This document shows positions 18,572 through 25,352 of a stretch of DNA of 64,000 nt, in pieces. This DNA comes from an uncultured bacterium. Lineage in GTDB: Bacteria; Planctomycetota; Phycisphaerae; Phycisphaerales; SM1A02. A program made the translations under genes and the position numbers. Numbering within the stretch: the stretch's first letter is position 1; every line of letters begins with the position of its first letter. Below the pieces are notes generated by a model. It worked only from the letters and a program-made list of their open reading frames with translations. It had not been told where the DNA came from and did no database searches. Location of the stretch: NCBI GenBank assembly GCA_903831295.1, contig CAIKXA010000097.1, positions 984-64,983 of the forward strand, given 5' to 3'.

Positions 18572-19890
18572 GCGAGCCACGTGTGGTTGTGACGGGCATG
18601 GGTTGGGTCACCAGTCTTGGTCACTCGGTTGACAGCGTTTGGCAACGCCTTATGAATTCCGAAAGCGGCATGGCGCCCATCACGCATTTCAAGGCCGCCA
18701 CATTTCCCACCACATTCGCCGCAGAGGTGAAGCCCGACTTCGATTACCGAACTTTTTTGACTGATCCCAAAGTCCACGCCACCACGGCTCTCAACGCGCA
18801 GTTCGCCTTGGGCGCCGCGCGACAAGCCTGGAATCAGGCTGGATTTCATACGAATCCGCCCAAGGACCCGCGCCGCGTTGGTTTGTATTTGGGCGCTGGT
18901 GAAGGCGTTCTCGATTTTGACAATTACGCCGGCGCGTTGATCTCGGCATGGGATGCGGCCAAACAAAAAGTTGATGGCGTGCGCTGGGCCAAGGCCGCGC
19001 TTGCGCGCCTAGACGCGTTCAAAGAAATAGAGCAAGAGCCAAACATGTCGCTTGCGCACTTGGCGCGCGAGTTTGGAATTCGCGGACCCGCGTCGAATTG
19101 TTTAACCGCGTGCGCCGCCAGCACGCAGGCCATCGGCGAAGCCTTCAGCATGATCCGCCGCGGCGACACCGACATCATGATGTCTGGTGGAACGCACACC
19201 ATGATTCATCCGCTTGGCGTGACCGGTTTCAATCGACTCACCGCGTTGAGCACTTTCAAAGGCGACCCAACAATGGCAAGCCGTCCATTTTGCATGAGCC
19301 GCGACGGCTTTGTCATGGGTGAGGGCAGTGGAATGGTGATTCTTGAAAAACTTGAGCACGCTCTTGCGCGTGGCGCCACGCCGCTTGCGGAGGTGATTGG
19401 CTACGGATCAAGCGCCGACGCATTTCGTATCACGGATATTCAGCCTGATGGCCGCGGCGCCGCTGCCGCCATTCATTTGGCTTTGAAGCAAGCCAATATT
19501 GATCCCGCCGCCGTTGGCCCCGATGGTCGACCGCTGATTCATTACATCAGCGCGCACGGCACGGGCACCAAGGAAAATGATTCCATTGAAACGCGCGCCG
19601 TAAAAGTTGTCTTTGGTGAGCGCGCCAAGAAAATTCCAATGAGCAGCATCAAGAGCATGATGGGTCATTTGATCGCCGCGGCCGGCGCTGTGGAATTTAT
19701 GACTTGCATTCTGGCCATTCAGCGCGGCATGTTGCCGCCCACGCGCAATCACAATGATCCGGATCCCGCTCTTGATCTTGATTACGTTCCCAATGTTGCG
19801 CGCAAATGCGCCGTGGACACATGCATGAGCAACTCATTTGGCTTCGGCGGACAAAACGATACACTTATTGTCACGCGTTTCAATGCTTGA
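18568..19890 (+). CDS. fabF: 3-oxoacyl-ACP synthase II (FabF-type, complete Cys-His-His triad)
   Basis: 'RVVVTGMGWVTSLG', 'SNCLTACAASTQAIGEA', 'SAHGTGTKEND', 'KSMMGHLIAAAGAVE' and 'NSFGFGGQN'. Confidence 0.9.
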   Translation: MSEPRVVVTGMGWVTSLGHSVDSVWQRLMNSESGMAPITHFKAATFPTTFAAEVKPDFDYRTFLTDPKVHATTALNAQFALGAARQAWNQAGFHTNPPKDPRRVGLYLGAGEGVLDFDNYAGALISAWDAAKQKVDGVRWAKAALARLDAFKEIEQEPNMSLAHLAREFGIRGPASNCLTACAASTQAIGEAFSMIRRGDTDIMMSGGTHTMIHPLGVTGFNRLTALSTFKGDPTMASRPFCMSRDGFVMGEGSGMVILEKLEHALARGATPLAEVIGYGSSADAFRITDIQPDGRGAAAAIHLALKQANIDPAAVGPDGRPLIHYISAHGTGTKENDSIETRAVKVVFGERAKKIPMSSIKSMMGHLIAAAGAVEFMTCILAIQRGMLPPTRNHNDPDPALDLDYVPNVARKCAVDTCMSNSFGFGGQNDTLIVTRFNA

Positions 19891-19926
19891 GTTTGAACGC
19901 TTGAGTTTGAGCGCTTGAGTTTGAAA
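19885..19926 (+). repeat. 14-bp tandem repeat x3 (GCTTGAGTTTGARC) spanning the fabF stop codon
   Basis: Read directly: gcttgagtttgaac / gcttgagtttgagc / gcttgagtttgaaa. Confidence 0.9.
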
Positions 19927-20058
19927 GTAATATTTTTCGGGCGGGGATATTTCAACAACCAGTCACCGCACGCATGAATTGCTATTTGTTTGGGCAACTG
20001 ATGCGGATTTTAATGTTCATGACATTTTCACTTTGAGTGATTTGTAAATACCATTGGA

Positions 20059-20745
20059 ATGAAATCAGAGATGACAAAAAATATATCTACACCGACACAG
20101 CAAATGACCCAGTCGCGACGATTTCAAAGAGTGATGTTCGCTGTGCTGGTTTTTGTATTCCTTGCCTCGGGAATGACTTTTCTCTCCAAATCGCGGCCCA
20201 AATGGTTTCAAGCGGATTTCTCATCGGACGCGCAAATGGAAAGTCGATCGGCGGATTTTGAGCAAGGATTGGCCGCGCAATTCACCAAAGTGCGCGGGCA
20301 TGATTCTGTGTGGGCTATTCGCATTCCTGAAAAAGACATGAACGAATGGTTGGCATCGCGCCTTCCCAAATGGCTTGAGTACCAAGGCAAGAGCGCGGAA
20401 CAATTCAATTGCAAAGTACAAGTGCGCTGCCAACAGGATCACCTGCAAATCGCGGCGGAAAATTCCTGGGGAGTGGGGGTAATAGAGATCACGCCCAAAA
20501 TGCAATCCGACACCAAAGACAACAGCACTGTTACAGCATTGAATTTGGAGCCCACCTCCGCGGCGATTGGGGCCTTGGCAATTCCTACATTTATTATTTC
20601 CTCATTTGGCCCCACGGATATGTTTGAATCGTTGCAAAAATCCGAGTTTCGTTTGGCCGACGGCCGCCGGGTGAAGGTGCAAGATATTGAAGTTTTGCCA
20701 GGGGAGATTCGCATGCAGCTGGAAACTTCACCCACTAAAAACTGA
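20059..20745 (+). CDS. Hypothetical N-terminally membrane-anchored protein
   Basis: One TM ('VMFAVLVFVFLASGMTF') followed by a soluble domain. No family recognised. It lies in a visibly AT-richer stretch. Confidence 0.45.
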   Translation: MKSEMTKNISTPTQQMTQSRRFQRVMFAVLVFVFLASGMTFLSKSRPKWFQADFSSDAQMESRSADFEQGLAAQFTKVRGHDSVWAIRIPEKDMNEWLASRLPKWLEYQGKSAEQFNCKVQVRCQQDHLQIAAENSWGVGVIEITPKMQSDTKDNSTVTALNLEPTSAAIGALAIPTFIISSFGPTDMFESLQKSEFRLADGRRVKVQDIEVLPGEIRMQLETSPTKN

Positions 20746-21171
20746 GCCTATTTCTCGGTGTTTGCAAATTATTTTCCTTGTGGAAGCGATTAAAATTTTC
20801 TCAATTGCACGGACCTTTTTATTGGTTCAAAGGGTCGCTTGCCACAACTTGAAGACCCGATATCTAAAAAAAATACATATTTAGATCCCTTGACTGCAAC
20901 CACTTACATCTTTTCTGCGGATATGTCTTCGGAAGCACCAACAAGTGAATCCGACATCGAGGCGAGGAAAAAGAGAGGGCGATCACCATGTCTGGTGAGA
21001 GCAGATTGAGGGAATTGGGAACAAATATCGCAGGGATTTGTGGGAAAAGGAAATGCCAAATGAAGGTTTGTGTTGTCCCATGTGTTGGCGCCGCAATGGT
21101 CGCCAATGGGAAAATGCAAGTCATACGCAGGCCTAAACCCCAGAAAACTGCAAACAGTCACTCCCCCGTTG

Positions 21172-21213
21172 ACGCGTCCGTGGCTAAACCCGCGGACGCG
21201 TTTATTTTTGTTT
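21172..21213 (+). terminator. Rho-independent terminator-like hairpin followed by a T-tract
   Basis: A 9-bp perfect stem, ACGCGTCCG (21172-21180) pairing with CGGACGCGT (21193-21201). The loop is 12 nt. TTATTTTTGTTT follows the stem. Confidence 0.6.
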
Positions 21214-21253
21214 ACTAGACTCTCAACTTCGCAACCCTCTAAGAAATTCCCAC

Positions 21254-22909
21254 ATGCCACAGCTCACCATTAACGGCAAGACATGCTCTTTTGAAAAGGG
21301 CGAAACCATTTTGCAGGCCGCTCTTCGTCACGATGAGGAGATTCCGCATTATTGCTACCACCCTGGACTTTCAATCGTGGCCAACTGCCGCATTTGTTTG
21401 GCAGAAGTGTGGAGTCCAGATCCAAAGACTGGCGCCTTGCGCGCGGGCAACAAATTATTCCCGACATGTCAGACACCAGCGGTTGAAGGCCAAGTGGTTT
21501 ACACCGATTCACCCAAGGCGGTCGGCAATCAAAAAGCCGTCATGGAATTTCTGCTCATCAATCATCCAGTGGATTGCCCCGTGTGCGATCAAGCGGGTGA
21601 GTGCCACTTGCAGGATTACAGTTATCAATATGGACGCGGTGAGAGTCGCTTCAAGGAAGCCAAGAACAAGCGCCCCAAAAAAGATGTCGGTCCGCATGTG
21701 TTGCTGTATAGCGATCGTTGCATCATGTGCACGCGTTGCGTTCGCTTCACACGCGAGGTCACAGGCACCAGTGAATTGTTGGTGGATGGCCGCGGCAGTA
21801 TTGAAGAGATTGATGTTTTCCCAGGCATCGCCTTGGACAACGAACTCAGCGGCAATGTGGTCGACATTTGCCCCGTTGGCGCGCTGCTCGACAAAGACTT
21901 TCTCTTTCAGCAACGCGTGTGGTTTCTGAAGAAAACCCCGAGCATTGATGGGATTACCGCCAGTGGCGACAACATCAGCGTTGAGCACAATGAAGGCGTG
22001 ATTTACCGCGTGAAGCCGCGCGACAACGCCGAAGTGAACAAGTGGTGGATCACCGATGAAGTTCGTTATGGTTGGAAGTTTGTGCATAGCGAGAGCCGCT
22101 TGAAGTTGCCTGCGATCAAGGGTTGCGACGCGTTTGTCGCGGATGATGCCGCCGCGGCGTGGAGCGACGCGTTGAGCGCGACCCTGAACACGTTGGAGAG
22201 CGCGGTCAAGAATGGTTGTCGCCTTGGTTTGATGGTGAGCCCCATGTTGACATGCGAAGACGCATTCTTGTTGGCCACAACTATTCTTACAATTGATGCG
22301 CAAGCCGAACTTGCGGTTGGTCCAATTCCTGTTTTAGGTGAAGACAAAACTTTCCCTGGCGGGTTCACCATGTACGCGGAGAAGGCGCCCAACGCGCGTG
22401 GAGTTCGCCGCGTGCTTGAGGCGCTTGCCAAGGGACGCAAGGTTCATGACGCCGCTGGTTTTGAGGCCGCGGCAAAATCCAAAGCGATCGCCGCCGCTGT
22501 GATCACCGGAAATTATCCAAGTGAATGGGTTGTGCCGTCCCTGCAAAGCGCGCTGAGCAATGTGAAGTTGATTGTGATTGACACCTTGCCAAGCACGTTG
22601 TCGGACATGGCGGAAGTTGTGTTGCCTGGAGCCACTTGGACTGAAAAATCTGGCTCATTTGAGAACGCCAAAAATCGCCTGCAAGGCTTTGAACGCGCTA
22701 TTTCCAGCGTTGATTTTGCCAAGGGCGAAAGCCAAATCGCGCTTGATCTGCAGGCCGCGCATGCCGGCGTGAAAGCCAAGGTTTTTGACGCAGCGCATAC
22801 CCGAGCCGACATGGCGCGCGTAGTTGGCTTGGAGCGATTTACCACCGATCTTCATGCGCCGCCAAAACCTGCGAAGGTCGCGGGCGACATGGTGTTGATT
22901 GAAATCTAA
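21254..22909 (+). CDS. nuoG: NADH-quinone oxidoreductase subunit G-like Fe-S protein (short form, 551 aa)
   Basis: N-terminal 2Fe-2S ferredoxin-like 'LTINGKTCSFEKGETILQAA...HYCYHPGLSIVANCRICL'. His(Cys)3 cluster motif 'HPVDCPVCDQAGECHLQD'. 4Fe-4S motif 'RCIMCTRCVRF', and 'VDICPVGAL'. Confidence 0.85.
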   Translation: MPQLTINGKTCSFEKGETILQAALRHDEEIPHYCYHPGLSIVANCRICLAEVWSPDPKTGALRAGNKLFPTCQTPAVEGQVVYTDSPKAVGNQKAVMEFLLINHPVDCPVCDQAGECHLQDYSYQYGRGESRFKEAKNKRPKKDVGPHVLLYSDRCIMCTRCVRFTREVTGTSELLVDGRGSIEEIDVFPGIALDNELSGNVVDICPVGALLDKDFLFQQRVWFLKKTPSIDGITASGDNISVEHNEGVIYRVKPRDNAEVNKWWITDEVRYGWKFVHSESRLKLPAIKGCDAFVADDAAAAWSDALSATLNTLESAVKNGCRLGLMVSPMLTCEDAFLLATTILTIDAQAELAVGPIPVLGEDKTFPGGFTMYAEKAPNARGVRRVLEALAKGRKVHDAAGFEAAAKSKAIAAAVITGNYPSEWVVPSLQSALSNVKLIVIDTLPSTLSDMAEVVLPGATWTEKSGSFENAKNRLQGFERAISSVDFAKGESQIALDLQAAHAGVKAKVFDAAHTRADMARVVGLERFTTDLHAPPKPAKVAGDMVLIEI

Positions 22910-22947
22910 GTTGTTGCCCGTGCCATTCACAAGCGGATCGAACTCGC

Positions 22948-24363
22948 GTGGTTGAGCGGCATCCAATTCGCGAAGTGTGGGCGCAGGCGTGGCCAAGCGT
23001 TCTGACCATGGTGAGTTACACCATGATGCAGTTTGTTGATTCGCTCATGGTGGCGCAAGTGGGTCCCGTGGAAATGGCGGCGCAAGGCAACGGCGGCATC
23101 TGGAGTTTTGTTCCGCTGGCGTTTCTGTTTGGCGTGTTGACAATGGTGAACACCTTCACCGCGCAAAATGTTGGAGCCGGTCGCCGCGAAGAGATCGCGC
23201 GTTTCGCTTGGACGGGATTTTGGTTTTCACTTGTGGTGTGGGTGTTGATCATGTTGCCGTGGGCGGCGTGCTTGCCAATGGTGTTTCGATTCTCGGGCCA
23301 CTCCGAAAAACTTCTCACACTGGAAACTCAATACGCGGTCACGCTTGTGTTGGGCTCGATCTTTGCCTTGACAGGCAAGTGCATAAGCAATTTCTATTTT
23401 GGTTTACAGCGGCCACGGGTTATCGCGGTGGCGGCATTGACAGGAAATGTCGTGAACATCCTGCTGAATTATGTGCTGATTTACGGCGAAAATGGCTTGC
23501 CTTCCATGGGTTTGCCTGGCGTTCCCGGCATGCCCGCACTGGGCGTGTTGGGCGCGGCAATCGCCACGGTGTGCGGCACATGCGCCGAGGTGGCCATTCC
23601 ACTGGCGCTGTTCTTCTCCGCGCGTTTCGCCAAGGACCACGGCGTGTGGCAATCATGGCGGCCATCACTTGGCGACTGCAAGAAACTTTTGAAAGTTGGA
23701 TGGCCCGTTGGAATTCAGTTTGGAAATGAGATCACATGTTGGGCGATCTTTATGACTGTGCTGGTTGGAAAATTTGGCGAGATCCATCTCACGGCGGGTT
23801 GGGCCACGCTGCGCTTCATGCACCTGTCATTCATGCCCGCGGTTGGATTCAGCGTGGCCACCACGGCTTTGGTTGGAAAATATATGGGAGCGGGGCGGCA
23901 AGATCTTGCGGCCAATCGCGCGCACTGGGCGTTATTGCTGGCCACCATCTATATGACGCTGTGTGGAGTTGCCATGGCCATCTTTCGCGCGCCGCTCATT
24001 TCACTTTTTACATCCACAGCCGATGCCGCCAATACCGCGGAAATTATTCGTATTGGTTCCACGCTCATGATTTGCGCCGCGGTGTTTCAAACCTTCGACG
24101 CCATTGGAATTGTTTATAACGGCGCGTTGCGTGGCGCGGGCGACACGGTTGTGCCCGGCCTGTACACCATCGCCTTCAATTGGATTTTTATCGTGCTTGG
24201 CGGATGGCTCTTTGTGGTCCTGTGGCCGGCTCTGGAGAGTCTGGGTCCTTGGATTGCCTCGGCTATTTACATCATTGTGCTGAGCGTGTTCTTAACCAAG
24301 CGCTTTGAATCAGGGCATTGGCGGCGCATTCGCCTCTTGGAATCAAACCCCATTCACGGTTAG
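22948..24363 (+). CDS. MATE-family efflux transporter
   Basis: 12-TM protein. The N-terminus 'REVWAQAWPSVLTMVSYTMMQFVDSLMVAQVG' is a typical MATE start. GTG start. Confidence 0.85.
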   Translation: MVERHPIREVWAQAWPSVLTMVSYTMMQFVDSLMVAQVGPVEMAAQGNGGIWSFVPLAFLFGVLTMVNTFTAQNVGAGRREEIARFAWTGFWFSLVVWVLIMLPWAACLPMVFRFSGHSEKLLTLETQYAVTLVLGSIFALTGKCISNFYFGLQRPRVIAVAALTGNVVNILLNYVLIYGENGLPSMGLPGVPGMPALGVLGAAIATVCGTCAEVAIPLALFFSARFAKDHGVWQSWRPSLGDCKKLLKVGWPVGIQFGNEITCWAIFMTVLVGKFGEIHLTAGWATLRFMHLSFMPAVGFSVATTALVGKYMGAGRQDLAANRAHWALLLATIYMTLCGVAMAIFRAPLISLFTSTADAANTAEIIRIGSTLMICAAVFQTFDAIGIVYNGALRGAGDTVVPGLYTIAFNWIFIVLGGWLFVVLWPALESLGPWIASAIYIIVLSVFLTKRFESGHWRRIRLLESNPIHG

Positions 24364-24395
24364 ACTGCCCGACCACCTTTTACCACTGGAGATTT

Positions 24396-25319
24396 ATGTC
24401 AAACACTGGCCTTGATACCGTCCTCGCCGCAACATCCGATCCCGCCGCTTCCCAAGTTTTCATGAAGCAAGGAAAAGCTTTCGAAGCCGACGCCAAATTC
24501 TTCGAGGCGCTTGAGGCCTACAAGAACGCCGCGCAAGCCAACCGCACCACCACCACGCTGTTCAATGTGGCGCGTATGCAGGATTACCTCGGCTATGACG
24601 ACGACGCCATGCGCAGTTACGAGGAGTGCACTCGTATGCCGAATCCTCCGATCAACGCGTTCCTGAATCTCGCGGTTCTGCTTGAGGATGCCGCGCAATT
24701 CACCCGCGCCAGCAAGTTGATTCAAAAAGTGCTTGAGGCAAATCCAAATCATCCGCGCGCCAAGTTGTTCATCCGCGATGTTCAGGCCAGCAAGAACATG
24801 TTGTACGACGAGGAGTTGGCCCGCCTGAAGGGACGCGAGGAGGCAATGTTTGATTTGCCAGTGGCCGAGTTTGAACTTTCCATTCGCGCGCGCAATTGCT
24901 TGAAGAAGATGAGCATCCGCACGTTGGGTGATTTGCTTCGCATTGGCGAGGCCGAGTTGCTTTCATACAAGAATTTTGGCGAGACCAGTTTGGTTGAGAT
25001 CAAGCAAATGCTCACCGCGCGCGGTTTGCGCTTGGGTCAGCAACTTGACCGCGGCCACTACGACAAGGTTCGCAGCGAAGTGTTGGAGAAGATGAAGGGC
25101 ACCGTCGCTGACGGCGTGCTAGGCCTTACGGTTGGAACGCTCAACTTGGGCATTCGCAGCCGAAAAGCGCTGCAATTGCTGGGTATTCAAACGGTTGGCG
25201 ATCTTGCCGCACGAACTGAAGCCGAGTTGATGGGCGTGAAGAATTTTGGCGCCACCAGTTTGGTGGAAATTCATGAGCGTCTTGCTGAACACGGTCTCGC
25301 CTTGCGTACGCTTGAGTGA
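24396..25319 (+). CDS. TPR-like N-terminal domain fused to two RNA polymerase alpha-subunit C-terminal-domain (alpha-CTD, HhH) modules
   Basis: Two copies of the alpha-CTD signature. The first is 'ELSIRARNCLKKMSIRTLGDLLRIGEAELLSYKNFGETSLVEIKQML'. The second is 'LGIRSRKALQLLGIQTVGDLAARTEAELMGVKNFGATSLVEIHERL'. There is no alpha-NTD. I prefer the ATG at 24396. Confidence 0.85.
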   Translation: MSNTGLDTVLAATSDPAASQVFMKQGKAFEADAKFFEALEAYKNAAQANRTTTTLFNVARMQDYLGYDDDAMRSYEECTRMPNPPINAFLNLAVLLEDAAQFTRASKLIQKVLEANPNHPRAKLFIRDVQASKNMLYDEELARLKGREEAMFDLPVAEFELSIRARNCLKKMSIRTLGDLLRIGEAELLSYKNFGETSLVEIKQMLTARGLRLGQQLDRGHYDKVRSEVLEKMKGTVADGVLGLTVGTLNLGIRSRKALQLLGIQTVGDLAARTEAELMGVKNFGATSLVEIHERLAEHGLALRTLE

Positions 25320-25352
25320 GGACAAGCCGCCTGAGGCGGCGAAGGAGCCTCG

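Noticed and set aside
19885-19926. The short tandem repeat, considered as a CRISPR or mini-CRISPR.
   Set aside because: The units are contiguous with no spacers, only 14 bp long and only three in number. No cas genes are in the window.
20988-21218. A 76-aa Cys-containing small ORF (…ICGKRKCQMKVCVVPCVGAAMV…) in the long intergenic region, considered as a small protein or RiPP precursor.
   Set aside because: It has no nearby modification, transport or immunity genes and no convincing RBS. Its 3' end is simply the terminator hairpin and T-tract read as codons. It cannot be supported from sequence alone, so the region is reported as non-coding or an RNA candidate instead.
20746-21253. Tested by eye whether the long non-coding stretch is RNase P RNA, tmRNA, SRP RNA or a known riboswitch (TPP, cobalamin, SAM-I, FMN, glycine, fluoride, ykkC, c-di-GMP).
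   Set aside because: None of the universally conserved blocks I remember is present: GAGGAAAGUCCGG for RNase P, a tRNA-like 3' end for tmRNA, CUGAGA...ACCUGAUCUGGAUAAUGCCAGCG for TPP, or the B12 box. It is left unclassified.
21509-22303. A 264-aa minus-strand ORF inside the nuoG-like gene. Similar antisense ORFs lie at 37219-37785 (in shc), 59578-60180 and 31724-32455.
   Set aside because: They are antisense to genes with strong motif support and have no family signatures. They are attributed to GC-rich codon bias.
25326-25340. The GCCGCC-TGA-GGCGGC hairpin between the alpha-CTD protein gene and the SpoIID-like gene.
   Set aside because: The stem is 6 bp with a 3-nt loop and no T-tract, and it partly abuts the SpoIID RBS. 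That is insufficient to call a terminator or an attenuator.
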